64,000 bases of DNA from an uncultured virus (IMG/VR IMGVR_UViG_2061766007_000872) (Duplodnaviria > Heunggongvirae > Uroviricota > Caudoviricetes): the IMG/VR virus record IMGVR_UViG_2061766007_000872; one strand, given 5' to 3'. Both the position numbers and the translations under genes were made by a program. The notes under the pieces were generated by a model. The model saw only the letters and a list, made by a program, of their open reading frames with translations. It was not told the DNA's origin and did no database searches. Below, one piece after another: positions 9,252 to 20,244 of the stretch (positions are counted from its first letter, which is position 1; each line of letters begins with the position of its first letter).

Positions 9252-9652
9252 GTAAGGGTTTAGAGGCATACGAAATTGTAAAAGAAGAATGTGGTTTTGC
9301 TTTCGGTCAAACTGCTAACGGAGATAGAGTTAGAAAAAATCTACCTATCATTGAAAAAGAACTCAAAGATTATCAAGAAATTAGAGAAATAGCGAAACGT
9401 TATAAGTGGGATGACATTACTAGCAAAATCTTTAATGTTGAAACAGATGAAAAATATCGTGACTTATTCAATAGTGCTATTGTTGATATTCAAAAAGATT
9501 ATCGCAAAGCAAGAGCATTTGAGATTATTAAAAATAAGGAAGTTGATATAAAAGCATTCAATGATTTATCTAATTTAGAAGAATACAATTACTATTGTGA
9601 ACCAGAACTAACACAAGAAGAATATGACTTGCTGAGGGAGGTATTAATGTGA
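9248..9652 (+). CDS. paralog family A protein
   Basis: MSKGLEA…IIEKELK…AFEIIKNK…LTQEEYDLLREVL. Confidence 0.7.
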   Translation: MSKGLEAYEIVKEECGFAFGQTANGDRVRKNLPIIEKELKDYQEIREIAKRYKWDDITSKIFNVETDEKYRDLFNSAIVDIQKDYRKARAFEIIKNKEVDIKAFNDLSNLEEYNYYCEPELTQEEYDLLREVLM

Positions 9653-9846
9653 ATTTAGCAGAAGCAATTAATACTACTGATATTGGTCATAAACATATTA
9701 TATTAGTTGACAAAAATGATGTACACTATTATTATAGTACTATGGATGAATTTAAAGAGTTCAATGCGTATGAACAATTGGCACAATTAGAAGTATTAAA
9801 TATTGATTGTTCTAATGATACTGTAGCAGTATTTTATTTGTGGTAG
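9649..9846 (+). CDS. hypothetical protein
   Basis: GTGA overlap, GGAGG SD. Confidence 0.55.
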   Translation: MNLAEAINTTDIGHKHIILVDKNDVHYYYSTMDEFKEFNAYEQLAQLEVLNIDCSNDTVAVFYLW

Positions 9847-9857
9847 GAGGTAAAATC

Positions 9858-10884
9858 ATGAATGATTCATTAGCAGTGAAGTATAGACCTAAGACATTTG
9901 AAGAAGTTGTTTCTCAAGAAGTTGTTGTTAAGATTCTTAAGAGACAATTAGAAACAAATGAATTTAGTCATGCATACTTATTTTGTGGCCCCTCCGGTGA
10001 TGGCAAGACAACATTAGCAAGAATTTTTGCCAATGAGTTAAATCATGGCAGCGGTACTCCTATAGAGTTAGATGCAGCATCAAACAATGGTGTAGATAAT
10101 GTTAGAGCAATTGTTGAGAGTTCAAAGCAAAGGTCAATTGATAGTGAATATAAAGTCATTATCATTGATGAATGTCACGCTATCACATCTCAGGGTTGGC
10201 AAGCATTCTTAAAAGGTATTGAAGAACCATCTGCTTATACAGTATTTATTTTCTGTACAACAGACCCACAAAAGATTCCTGCTACTATTCTAAATAGAGT
10301 TATGAGATTTAACTTATCTAGAATTGCTTCTAACTTAATTAAAGATAGATTAATGTATATCAGTAAACAAGAAGGCTTCACTAATTATGAAGAGTCTTGT
10401 GACTATATTGCAAAGTTATCTGCAGGTGGTATGAGAGATGCTATTGCTATGCTTGAGAAATGTGCAGGTTATAGTAAAGACTTAAGTATTACAAATGTGA
10501 TACAAAGTTTAGGTAATTTCTCTTATGAAACATTCCTAAGTCTAACAAATTCATTGGTTGACGGAGATGAAAGAGGAGCAATAAAGATTATTGAAGATTG
10601 CTACAATAGTGGCAAAGATTTAAAATTATTTATTGAACAATATCTTGATTTTGTGCTAGACTTAAATAAATATTNNNNNNNNNNNNNNNNNNNNNNNNNN
10701 NNNNNNNNNNNNNGACAATAACACTCAACTTTGTGTGAAATATACAGTAGGTATTGATAACAATGTTCAGTACTTCAATGCTTTAATGTCTAAAATATTT
10801 GACATTAAAAACTCTTTGAAGTATGACACAATGCCAAAAGTCACAATTAGTGTTGGTATAATTAATATTTGTAGAGGTGCATAA
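9858..10884 (+). CDS. dnaX: DNA polymerase III clamp loader gamma/tau subunit (spans an N gap)
   Basis: LAVKYRPKTFEEVVSQ, GPSGDGKTT, ELDAASNNGVD, IIDECH, GGMRDA; reading frame resumes after the gap to TAA at 10882-10884. Confidence 0.9.
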
Positions 10885-11663
10885 TGATTGGTCAAGATGA
10901 ACTTGTCTCAAAATTAAAATCCTATTCTATCCAAACTCTTCCACACTCAATTCTTCTATTGGGTGAGCAGGGTTGTGGTAAACATACATTGACAAAAGAA
11001 CTTGCCAACTATTTTGGCATTGATTTAGTTGATATTAGCAATAATATTACACTAGATACATTAATTGAGATATCAGATAAGCCAATTCCTACAATGTATT
11101 TGATAGATTGTAGTGTTTTAACTGATAAACATCAGAATATATTGCTTAAATGTCTTGAAGAACCTTCAATGTATGCTTATTTTGTGCTTTTAAGTGTAAA
11201 TAAAGCAATGCTTCTTCAAACTGTAACAAATAGATGTGTTAGTTTTGAGTTTGAGCCCTATACAAAAGAAGTTTTAGCACAATTTGTACAAGATGATGCA
11301 AATGTGTTGAATGTTTGTACAACTCCAGGACAAGTTTTATCAATGCACTCTGGTGATTTAACAAATCTAGAGACATTATGCTATACAATAGTTACAAAAG
11401 TTGGTAAAGCAAATTATCCAAATACATTAAGCATTGTTAAGAAAGTAAATCTTAAAGATGAATATGATAAATATGATATTAATGTGTTCTTTAACACTTT
11501 GCTTAATGTAATTTATGAAACAATGACTACTAATTACTCAAATAAGTTGTTTGAGATGTATAATCTAGTGTCAAACTATAGAAAGAGATTAAGAGATTCC
11601 AGACTCAATAAAGAGTACTTCATGGAGAATTTCTTAACAACTCTTTGGGAGTTTGCAAGATGA
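10884..11663 (+). CDS. holB: clamp loader delta' subunit-like
   Basis: MIGQ…HSILLLGEQGCGKH, NILLKCLEEP, LQTVTNRC. Confidence 0.75.
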   Translation: MIGQDELVSKLKSYSIQTLPHSILLLGEQGCGKHTLTKELANYFGIDLVDISNNITLDTLIEISDKPIPTMYLIDCSVLTDKHQNILLKCLEEPSMYAYFVLLSVNKAMLLQTVTNRCVSFEFEPYTKEVLAQFVQDDANVLNVCTTPGQVLSMHSGDLTNLETLCYTIVTKVGKANYPNTLSIVKKVNLKDEYDKYDINVFFNTLLNVIYETMTTNYSNKLFEMYNLVSNYRKRLRDSRLNKEYFMENFLTTLWEFAR

Positions 11664-12601
11664 GTGCAGTGAGTTATGAAAGTTTAAAGACATTAAAAGC
11701 AACTCTTAATCAAGGTGTTGTTGGTGATAATTTGTTTATCTTTGTTTGGGAAGATAATCCATTTTTAGCACTTCAGTATGTAAATAGAATAGCAAAGTTA
11801 AGAAATTTATCTCTTGACTATGTTGATTCATTCTCTAGTTTATATAGCGAAGAAGAAGACTTGTTTGGCTTAAGTTCAAGTGTTGAATCAATAAAAGTAT
11901 TTAGATGCGATAAGTTTGAATGTCCTCAAGGCTTTGATTTAAATAAATTAAAGAATACAATCATCATATGCAAAGACATTAACTTAGAGAATGAATTTGT
12001 ATATAGATTTCCTAAGTTAGAAGATTGGGAAATTATTGCATATATGAAATCACAATGTAAAGGTTTAACCGATGATGAAGTCAAGTGGTTACATAGCATC
12101 TCATCATCTCTTGGTAAGAACAATGAAAATATCTATAGGCTTGACAATGAGATGAAGAAACTAAAATGTTTTGATGTTAGTGAACAAGAACAGGTATTTA
12201 AAGAATTATCAAATGCAAATGGTTATTGTGATTTAAGTCCTTTAACAATCTTTAATTTTACAAATGCAATCTTAAAGAAAGACAAAGTAACAATCATGAA
12301 TGTACTAGATGATTTAGATAGCATTGATGTTGAAGGTGTTGGTCTCATTACAATTCTTCATAAGAACTTTAAACAACTTATTGATGTTCAAATGGGAAAG
12401 AATGTTACAGCAGAATCACTAGAAATGTCTCCTAAACAATTCAATGCAGTAAAGTATAATTGTAATAGATTTGGTTCAGAGACATTGATTAAGATATTTA
12501 AATTCTTAACAGAATTAGATTATAAATTAAAGTCTGGACAATTAGAGTTAAGCAATCAAAGAATGATTGATTATATAGTTTGTTCTGTACTATCAATGTA
12601 G
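11660..12601 (+). CDS. holA: clamp loader delta subunit-like
   Basis: RLDNEMKKL, TIFNFTNAILKKD, ELDYKLKSGQ C-terminal pattern; follows dnaX/holB. Confidence 0.65.
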   Translation: MSAVSYESLKTLKATLNQGVVGDNLFIFVWEDNPFLALQYVNRIAKLRNLSLDYVDSFSSLYSEEEDLFGLSSSVESIKVFRCDKFECPQGFDLNKLKNTIIICKDINLENEFVYRFPKLEDWEIIAYMKSQCKGLTDDEVKWLHSISSSLGKNNENIYRLDNEMKKLKCFDVSEQEQVFKELSNANGYCDLSPLTIFNFTNAILKKDKVTIMNVLDDLDSIDVEGVGLITILHKNFKQLIDVQMGKNVTAESLEMSPKQFNAVKYNCNRFGSETLIKIFKFLTELDYKLKSGQLELSNQRMIDYIVCSVLSM

Positions 12602-12613
12602 GAGGGAATTCAA

Positions 12614-13326
12614 ATGAGAGAATTTCAATTTAACAGGGAAGCCATTTTAAAGAGATTTAAAGATTGTGCAATTGCATATTGGAAAGAATATGGTATAAGA
12701 GATGATGAAGACACAGTTAGAGTAAAAGATGGTGATAGATATACATACATTGCAGAATATGATTATGCATTACTTAAGTATCTAGAAGATTATCTCAAAA
12801 AAGCAGAAAAGGTGGTGAAGTAACGTGAATTTAGGGCCAGTTAAATGTCCGAGTTGTGGTGAGAGACAAAATCTTGTTTATAGTCCTTTGATGAAAGCAA
12901 GTTGTCCTCCAGTTGTCATGTTTACTTGTGCAGTTTGTTTTGCAGAGTTTAGTCAAAGAACAAATGAGTTAAGTGATTATGACATGGAGATTGAAAGTTT
13001 GTTACAAGTTAAGAATGCAACAAAGAATCAATTAAAGATTTACATTCGTAATCATCCAAATACTTACTCAAGAATAGCACTTTTAAGACCCGATATAGAG
13101 GAATTATAGTATGAAGAAGATAATATTAAAATTAACTAAGTTACAACAAAAAGCATTACTTGAACACTTAAGTGAAAATATATGTAGAGTTGAATGCTTT
13201 ATGTGGAGAGAAACTGGACATTTTCCTAAATATGCATATGACTGTCACAATTGTCCTATGAGGGAAGCAGTTGGTAAGATAGAGCAACAATTATATGAAC
13301 AAGTTGAAGAGGGGGTAATAAAATGA
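12614..13326 (+). CDS. three small hypothetical ORFs (12614-12823, 12825-13109 with CxxC…CxxC zinc ribbon, 13111-13326)
   Basis: Tiled ORFs with SD sequences. Confidence 0.55.
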
Positions 13327-13790
13327 GAAACTTAGTTTGTGGAATTTTATTTTGGTTAGTTAGTTTAACATGGGGTCTAATATCTACATTATTGGGCTTC
13401 ATTGTTTTTTGTGTTGTTATATTATTTGCAAAAGGTAAAGTGCATAGAAATGGCTATACTGTAATTGTAGAATTTGGAGGCAATTGGGGTGGTTTAAGTC
13501 TCGGTGCTTTCAACTTTTGTGGAAGATATTCTCAAGAAGATAGTCAGTGTTATGACATTGATTGGTATGAACATACTAGAAGACATGAATTTGGACATTC
13601 ATTACAAAATCTTATTTGGGGTCCACTAATGGCTTTTGTGATTGGTATTCCTAGCATGATTAGATATTTGTATTTTAATATTAGACTTAAAAAAGGACTA
13701 GACATTAAGTCCTATGATAGCATTTGGTTTGAAGGACAAGCCACATGTTGGGGCTCANNNNNNNNNNNNNNNNNNNNNNTAATAAATTGT
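13323..13790 (+). CDS. membrane protein with HExxH motif (3' end in N gap)
   Basis: Hydrophobic N-terminus, RRHEFGHSLQ; the ORF track fuses it to sbcD across the gap. Confidence 0.6.
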
Positions 13791-14834
13791 ATGAAAGTAT
13801 TAATTGTAGGTGACACACATGTGTCAAGATATTCTTCTATTATAAGAAGTAGAGGTGAAGATTTCTCATTTAGACTTCAACAACTCATCAAGTCACTTAA
13901 TTGGGCAGAAGAAGTAGGTGCTCAACACGGATGTTCTAGAGAAATATTTTTAGGTGATTTCTTTGATAAACCAGATTTGAATTCTGAAGAGATAACTGCA
14001 CTTAGTAAAGTTAAGTGGAATGATAATGTTGTTAGATATTTTATTGTTGGTAATCATGAAAGTGGTGAAGCATCCTTAAGATATAGTTCAACATATGCTC
14101 TTTATCATGAAGGCATGATTGTAGATAAACCATTTATGTGTAATTTTGGACAAACAAATGCAAGATGTTTGCTTATTCCATATATTGGTGAAGATTCAAG
14201 AAAACCTTTAATTGATTATATTAATGATGTAGATGATTGTGGAGATGGACCTCTATACATTTTCTCACATAATGATGTTAAAGGTTTTCAACTCGGCAGA
14301 TTCGCATTGACTACAGGTTTTACAAAAGAAGAAATTCTAGCAAATAGTAAACTCTATTTTAATGGACATCTACACAATTGTGGCTGGATTGAGAAAGATA
14401 GAATCTTAAATGTGGGCGTTCTTTGTGGTCAAAACTTCAATGAAGATGCCACTAAGTATGAACACCACATTGCAATTTTAGATACAGAAACGGGTGCTGT
14501 AGAGTTCTTTGAGAATCCATATGCATTTAATTTCTATAAGATTGAAGTCAATGATGAAAAAGATTTTGCTCAATTAGATAATCTTAAAGATAATGCAGTT
14601 GTTACTATTAAATGTTTAGAGGCTCTTGAAGACAAAGTTAAAGAGAGGTTAGAATCTAATACTAAGATTTGTGAGTATAGATTACTCATTTATAGAAATG
14701 GCGTTGAAGTTGAGGTTGAGAGTACAACAGTACTTAGTGATGTCAATCACTTAGAACAATTCTCATCATTTATCCTAGAGAATATGGGTGATTCAGAAAT
14801 CATTAGAGAAGAATTAAGTGAGGTGTGTAAATAA
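13791..14834 (+). CDS. sbcD: SbcD/Mre11 (gp47-like) nuclease subunit
   Basis: VLIVGDTH, LGDFFD, VGNHE, NGHLH; upstream of an SMC-type ATPase. Confidence 0.85.
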   Translation: MKVLIVGDTHVSRYSSIIRSRGEDFSFRLQQLIKSLNWAEEVGAQHGCSREIFLGDFFDKPDLNSEEITALSKVKWNDNVVRYFIVGNHESGEASLRYSSTYALYHEGMIVDKPFMCNFGQTNARCLLIPYIGEDSRKPLIDYINDVDDCGDGPLYIFSHNDVKGFQLGRFALTTGFTKEEILANSKLYFNGHLHNCGWIEKDRILNVGVLCGQNFNEDATKYEHHIAILDTETGAVEFFENPYAFNFYKIEVNDEKDFAQLDNLKDNAVVTIKCLEALEDKVKERLESNTKICEYRLLIYRNGVEVEVESTTVLSDVNHLEQFSSFILENMGDSEIIREELSEVCK

Positions 14835-16696
14835 TGACAATTAAATTTAAGAGTATACATATTCATCATTTCTTATCCTTTAATGATGCTTATATTGATT
14901 TAACAGATAGAGGTTATTGTTTAATTTCTGGTATTAACAAGAGACCAGAAGATGCTGCGAAGAGCAATGGTGCAGGTAAATCTACAATCTCAAATGCTAT
15001 TGCTTATGCACTTTTAGGTGAAACAATTAGCCAAATCAAAGATGTTGTGAATGACCACTTTAAAGATGGTTGCTATGTTGAACTAACTTTCAGTATTGAT
15101 AATAATGAATATGTCTTAACTAGAAGTAAGGGAGACAAAGACTTAGGTACAAATCTTAAAATCACAATCAATGGTGAAGATAAGAGTGGTAAAGGTATTA
15201 GAGAATCTCAAGCAATCTTGAATGATTTATTACCAGATATTAATAGGGAACTTGTCGGTAGTGTTATTTTATTAGGACAAGGTTTACCTGATAAGTTTAC
15301 ATCAAATACTCCTAGTGGAAGAAAAGAATGTTTAGAGAATTTAACTAAATCAAACTTCATGATTCTTGATTTAAAAGATAAGATTGATAATAGACAATCT
15401 ACTTTAAACTCACAACTCAGAGAAGTTGAAGATAAGTTAATTACAATAGATACACAGAAACGAGTCTATTCAGAGCAATTAAGCGACGAAAAGCAAAAAC
15501 TTGAAGAATTACTCAAAGAAACAAATTTGAATGAGATATTAGCAGAAAAGACAAAGATGAGAGATGAGTTGCAAGCACAGTATGATTCTAATGCCAAGCA
15601 ACTAGATACAATTGCACAAGAAAAAGAAAATCTTAATGGAAAGATTCTTGCTGAATCTAATCTTAAGAATGAGAGATTACAAAGTCTTTCTACTCAATAC
15701 AATGAATATAATGGTTCCTTATCTTCAGATAGAACAAAATTTGAAATGCAAATCAATCAGTTAGAAAGAGAAATCACTGACATGAAGAACATTAAAGATG
15801 TTTGTCCTACTTGTGGTAGACCATTTGAAGGTGTTGTCAAGCCAGATACATCTGCAAAAGAAGCAGAGTTATTACAAGTAAAAGAATCATTAAATCAAGT
15901 AAGAGAAGAGATTAGATTAAATGATGAAGACTATGCTTCTGCTAAAGATAAAGTAAATACAATGTATCAAGAAGCAACACAACAAGTTAATGCAAGACTC
16001 GGTGAATTAAGAGCAGATGAGATGAAGTATTCAAATGTTGAAGTTGCTCCACTACTTGAAATGGCAAAGAGGTTAGTAATTAAAGTTGAAGGTGACATTG
16101 CATCACATGATGAAAAAGTTACAACTACTCAAAGTAAAATAGATGATTATACTACTAAGTTAAGTACTCTTAACACACAAGAAGAAGAGAGTAGAGAATC
16201 TAAACTTAATTTAAGTAAGCACATTGAAGTTGTTAATAAGTTTAATACTTATGTTAAGAGAGACTTTAGAGGTATCTTATTAGGAAATAGTATTGACTAC
16301 ATCAATGCTAAAGCAAAAGAATATGCTTTAAAGATTTTCAATACAGATGATGTTGCATTTAAATTAGATGGAAATGATATTGACATCCTCTTCTGTGGTA
16401 GAGATTATAATAACTTGAGTGGTGGTGAAAAGCAAAGAGTTGACTTAATTACACAATTTGCTATTAGAGACTTACTAGCAAAGAGATTTAAGTTCTCAAG
16501 TAATATTATCTTCTTAGATGAAATTACAGACAACTTAGATGCTGATAGTTGTGCTAGAGTTATGAACTTCATTACACAAGAGTTAAAAGATATTGAAAGT
16601 ACATTTATTATTTCGCATCATACAGACTTAGAGATTCCTGTTGATAGCGAGATTGTAATTGTGAAGAGCAGAGAAGGCATAAGTGAGGTGATGTAA
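14834..16696 (+). CDS. sbcC: SbcC/Rad50 (gp46-like) ATPase
   Basis: SNGAGKST, coiled coil with CPTC zinc hook, LSGGE, FLDE, ISH. Confidence 0.9.
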   Translation: MTIKFKSIHIHHFLSFNDAYIDLTDRGYCLISGINKRPEDAAKSNGAGKSTISNAIAYALLGETISQIKDVVNDHFKDGCYVELTFSIDNNEYVLTRSKGDKDLGTNLKITINGEDKSGKGIRESQAILNDLLPDINRELVGSVILLGQGLPDKFTSNTPSGRKECLENLTKSNFMILDLKDKIDNRQSTLNSQLREVEDKLITIDTQKRVYSEQLSDEKQKLEELLKETNLNEILAEKTKMRDELQAQYDSNAKQLDTIAQEKENLNGKILAESNLKNERLQSLSTQYNEYNGSLSSDRTKFEMQINQLEREITDMKNIKDVCPTCGRPFEGVVKPDTSAKEAELLQVKESLNQVREEIRLNDEDYASAKDKVNTMYQEATQQVNARLGELRADEMKYSNVEVAPLLEMAKRLVIKVEGDIASHDEKVTTTQSKIDDYTTKLSTLNTQEEESRESKLNLSKHIEVVNKFNTYVKRDFRGILLGNSIDYINAKAKEYALKIFNTDDVAFKLDGNDIDILFCGRDYNNLSGGEKQRVDLITQFAIRDLLAKRFKFSSNIIFLDEITDNLDADSCARVMNFITQELKDIESTFIISHHTDLEIPVDSEIVIVKSREGISEVM

Positions 16697-17538
16697 TGTT
16701 ATTTTCAAAAGAAGAGAACAAGAAGTACACTGACATGGCTAAAGATTTTGATAAGGAATTCTATACGCCAAATAGAGATGACAATAAGTTATTCAAATAT
16801 ATGTATTTAATCTTCTACATGTTAGCATGTAAGGGTAATTTCTTTAAGAAATTTGAAGACTTTGATGGTTATGCTCAATACGCAGCAACAAAGATTTACA
16901 TTAGATATCTTAAGAAAGAGAAAAAAGGTGTAAAACTCAAATCAGTATTGAATTATTGTAAGTCATGTAAGAAGCATTTAAAGGTTGACTATCAAAATGA
17001 GACCTTTGAACAAGTCACCAAGAAAGATGATAGTGATGTTATGACATACAGACATGTTTATAGAGACAATCTAGGAACAAGTTATAGCAGAATGGATATG
17101 CTTGAAGACATGAATGAGATACTAAATGCATTTCCAGTAATTGCTAAGCAAGTCATTGATGAATCTCCATACAGAAGTGATAAGATTCTAAGCAAACATA
17201 TTTATCAATCTTGCTTACTAACATTCTTATCAAGTATTACATTAACAAATAATGCAATAGATAAATTGACATCTAAGCAAGAATCAAAAGTCATCTCAGA
17301 TAACTATATTATTAAACAATATCAAAAGAATTTAGAAGAATCATTGATTTTATGGAATCTATCACAAGACTTCTCAGATATTGTAATTCTTCTTGTCAAT
17401 AAGATTAGAAGTAAAATGAGTGAAGAAATCAATGGAGTTATAGCAGCAAATAATATTCCAGATGATGTTATTGATGCCATTGTTGCCAGTGCTTATGATG
17501 AAAAAGCATATACAAATTATGATGAATCTCATGGATAG
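16696..17538 (+). CDS. hypothetical protein, possibly a divergent phage sigma factor
   Basis: EDFDGYAQYAATKIY…KSVLNYCKSCKKHLKVDY loosely resembles sigma region 2; function speculative. Confidence 0.3.
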   Translation: MLFSKEENKKYTDMAKDFDKEFYTPNRDDNKLFKYMYLIFYMLACKGNFFKKFEDFDGYAQYAATKIYIRYLKKEKKGVKLKSVLNYCKSCKKHLKVDYQNETFEQVTKKDDSDVMTYRHVYRDNLGTSYSRMDMLEDMNEILNAFPVIAKQVIDESPYRSDKILSKHIYQSCLLTFLSSITLTNNAIDKLTSKQESKVISDNYIIKQYQKNLEESLILWNLSQDFSDIVILLVNKIRSKMSEEINGVIAANNIPDDVIDAIVASAYDEKAYTNYDESHG

Positions 17539-17541
17539 GTT

Positions 17542-17928
17542 ATGAAGAAAAGTTATTTAATTAAAACATTAGAGGAAATGGATGTCAAAGATGTCTATTC
17601 TCTTCTGTTGTTTGTACTTTATAAATTAAAAGATGACAAGAAGTTTTCAACTCTAAGTGAACTTGTCTACATCTTAGATAAAGATAGTTTATTTAATTTG
17701 TTAAGTGTATATGGTGGTTTGACAATCACAATACCAACAACTAAAGAATTGAAGTTGATAGTTAGTGGCTTATTGATTTATCAACTTGTCAATTTAGAGG
17801 GAAGAGATTTGATGACATCTATTAAAGAGGTCAATAAGGGTGAATATACTGAAGCAGAGTTGAAAGAAGTTTATCTTAAGATATGTGAGGTTGTTCGGAA
17901 TTATGAGTTCAAGAGAAAGCAAGTTTAA
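17542..17928 (+). CDS. possible Mor/C-like transcription activator
   Basis: LLSVYGGLTITIPT resembles the Mor-family FGGxxxYIP motif. Confidence 0.4.
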   Translation: MKKSYLIKTLEEMDVKDVYSLLLFVLYKLKDDKKFSTLSELVYILDKDSLFNLLSVYGGLTITIPTTKELKLIVSGLLIYQLVNLEGRDLMTSIKEVNKGEYTEAELKEVYLKICEVVRNYEFKRKQV

Positions 17929-18457
17929 AACAATATTGTATAATATTATTGATGACTTGAATTGTATTCAGAGTTCTGATGATGTTCTGCTCAAGTGCAT
18001 ACAAAGTAGACTTGATGCATCATATGAGCAATATCAATGGACAATCAAAAATATTTATAACTATGTTCTAACTAGAAGTAATATCAAAGTGCTCAAAGCA
18101 CTTTCAAAAGTTAAGAAGTCCAAGGAGAAATTAAANNNNNNNNNNNNNNNNNNNNNNNNNNNNNNNNNNNNNNNNNNNNNNNNNNNNNNNNNNNNNNNNN
18201 NNNNNNNNNNNNNNGCCTATGTGATTTGTGATGCCGTTGAAGATGCACTTCTATCGGACACATATGTTTCAAATATTGAATTAGGATTTGGTACTTTGGG
18301 TATTAAATTTGAAAATAATGAGTTAAGATTCAGATTCCAGCCAAGTGCTAAATTTGAANNNNNNNNNNNNNNNNNNNNNNNNNNNNNNNNNNNNNNNNNT
18401 GAGGTTGAAAAATCTCTTGTATCTAAGATTGTTCAAACATATAAGGATTTGATGTAA
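17903..18457 (+). CDS. one or two hypothetical proteins (N gaps obscure the boundary)
   Basis: Coding-like sequence on both sides of the gaps. Confidence 0.45.
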   Translation: MSSRESKFKTILYNIIDDLNCIQSSDDVLLKCIQSRLDASYEQYQWTIKNIYNYVLTRSNIKVLKALSKVKKSKEKLXXXXXXXXXXXXXXXXXXXXXXXXXXXAYVICDAVEDALLSDTYVSNIELGFGTLGIKFENNELRFRFQPSAKFEXXXXXXXXXXXXXXEVEKSLVSKIVQTYKDLM

Positions 18458-19032
18458 TGTCTGAAACTAAAAAAGATAGGATAAACGAATATAAAAAGAA
18501 ACATAAAAGTAAAAACAATCTACCGCAAAAAGTTGAGCAACAAGAACTTACTCAATTAAATTCAGTAGATATTTTAAGTAAGATTCAAAATATAAAGAGT
18601 TCAGAAGATTTAAAAGAAGTTGCAATGTTATTTAATTTGAACATTGCAAAGAAAGAAATGTCTAGAGCACTCCAACAAGATGAACTCTTAGACATAATTC
18701 TCAACCAAGCAAGGGAAAGATTAAGTAAGAGACCGGATGAGCACTCAACAAAAGACTTGCTTGACTATTATAATGCATTTCAATCTAATCTTGATAAGTC
18801 AAGAAACTATATTGACAAGGTAGAGGAATCACCTGCAATTCAGATTAATGATAATAAGAACATTACCGTTAATGTTCAAACAATCGGATTAGGTAGAGAT
18901 GCAAATGAAGATGTCATTGATGCTGTACAAAAGGTTGTATCAGGGTTTAAAGACACACAATCACTTCAAGAGTTTGTAGATGCACTTGAAGAGACTAAAG
19001 TTATTAAGGAGACAAATGAAGATGATGACTAA
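18457..19032 (+). CDS. hypothetical helical protein
   Basis: 191-aa ORF, TAATG overlap. Confidence 0.6.
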   Translation: MSETKKDRINEYKKKHKSKNNLPQKVEQQELTQLNSVDILSKIQNIKSSEDLKEVAMLFNLNIAKKEMSRALQQDELLDIILNQARERLSKRPDEHSTKDLLDYYNAFQSNLDKSRNYIDKVEESPAIQINDNKNITVNVQTIGLGRDANEDVIDAVQKVVSGFKDTQSLQEFVDALEETKVIKETNEDDD

Positions 19033-20218
19033 AGAAGCCTTTAAAGAGTTAGTTAGAAAGTATTCAGATGGAACAGTTGCACTTCCAGATGACAAAGTTG
19101 TTGAGTTAGGAATTGCACATAGAGATTTGCCAAAAGCGGATAGAAACTGGTCTGAATTTGCTAGTATGATTGGCTGGAAAAGTGGTGGTGAATCATTAAG
19201 AAATTTTGTACTTAGAAAATTAAAAGATAAAGGTATGATTTCACATCCTGTTGATTTAAACAATGAAGATTCACTTGTTAAGAAGAGAGCAGAACTTTAT
19301 AAAGAAAGACAACAAGTAAGAGATGAGTGGTCTACTTACAATAGAATGATGAGAGAAGATGCTCGCATTGAAACTTTCAAAGAAGCAATTAGAGATGCAG
19401 CAAAGAATCTTACTCCATTTAAGAAAGTTAGTTACAAATATAAAGGTGATGAATGCACAGAAGCAATTGCAATGCTAAGTGATTTACATATCGGTGTTGA
19501 GTTTGATGATTTCTGCAACAAGTATAATTATGACATTGCACAAGCAAGAGTAAGTAAGTATGTTGATGATGTCAAGAGATATTGTAAGTTGCACAAAGTC
19601 AAGAGATTAAATATTGTTAATTTAGGTGACTTGATTAGTGGCATCATTCACACAACAATTAGACTTGAACAAGAATTTGATGTTGTTCAACAAATCATGA
19701 AAGCAGGTGAACTTTTAGGTGGTGTCTTATGTGAATTACAAGATGCAGCACCAGAAGTTATTTATAGAAGTTGTACTGACAACCATTCAAGAGCAATTGC
19801 AAATAAAAATGAAGCGATTGAAAAAGAAAACTTCTTCAGACTTATTGACTGGTATGCAGAGTTGAGAACTAAAGACACAAATGTTAAGTTTGTCAATGAT
19901 GGTTTGAATCATGAAATTGGTAAGTTTAATTTGATGAATGGTAAGAAGGTTATGTTTGCTCATGGTCACAACGATAATCCAAATAGAGTCTTCCAAAGTT
20001 TCATTGGTGCTACAGAAGAGTATGTGCACTATGTCCTCTTAGGCCACTATCATTGTGAAAAGGTGAAGAACTTTCAAAATATGAGAGTCTTTATCAACGG
20101 CAGTGTTGNNNNNNNNNNNNNNNNNNNATCAAAGAGATTATATACAAAGCCAAGTCAAATGCTTCTTGTGTTTGATAAAGACAATGTTATACACTATAGC
20201 ATCAATTTAAGCATTTAA
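19016..20218 (+). CDS. calcineurin-like metallophosphoesterase / exonuclease with N-terminal extension
   Basis: LSDLHIG, LGDLISG, TDNH, AHGH, LGHYH. Confidence 0.8.
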   Translation: MKMMTKEAFKELVRKYSDGTVALPDDKVVELGIAHRDLPKADRNWSEFASMIGWKSGGESLRNFVLRKLKDKGMISHPVDLNNEDSLVKKRAELYKERQQVRDEWSTYNRMMREDARIETFKEAIRDAAKNLTPFKKVSYKYKGDECTEAIAMLSDLHIGVEFDDFCNKYNYDIAQARVSKYVDDVKRYCKLHKVKRLNIVNLGDLISGIIHTTIRLEQEFDVVQQIMKAGELLGGVLCELQDAAPEVIYRSCTDNHSRAIANKNEAIEKENFFRLIDWYAELRTKDTNVKFVNDGLNHEIGKFNLMNGKKVMFAHGHNDNPNRVFQSFIGATEEYVHYVLLGHYHCEKVKNFQNMRVFINGSVXXXXXXXSKRLYTKPSQMLLVFDKDNVIHYSINLSI

Positions 20219-20244
20219 ATTGTATAATATAGAAAGGAAGTAGT

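Noticed and set aside
9652..9660. Minus-strand TGCTAAATT match
   Set aside because: Lies inside a coding start (MNLA) with no downstream structure; probably chance
9858..10884. Apparent frameshift in dnaX (programmed gamma/tau frameshift)
   Set aside because: The frame change coincides with an N gap of uncertain length; no slippery site is visible. The same applies to 29186-30024 and 8352-8745
13323..14834. 503-aa membrane protein–SbcD fusion in the ORF track
   Set aside because: The join runs through an N gap; SbcD has its own typical start (MKVLIVGDTH) at 13791, so the fusion is probably an artefact
18457..19032. Terminase small subunit guess
   Set aside because: Only a vague IQINDNKNITVNV resemblance, and no large subunit nearby
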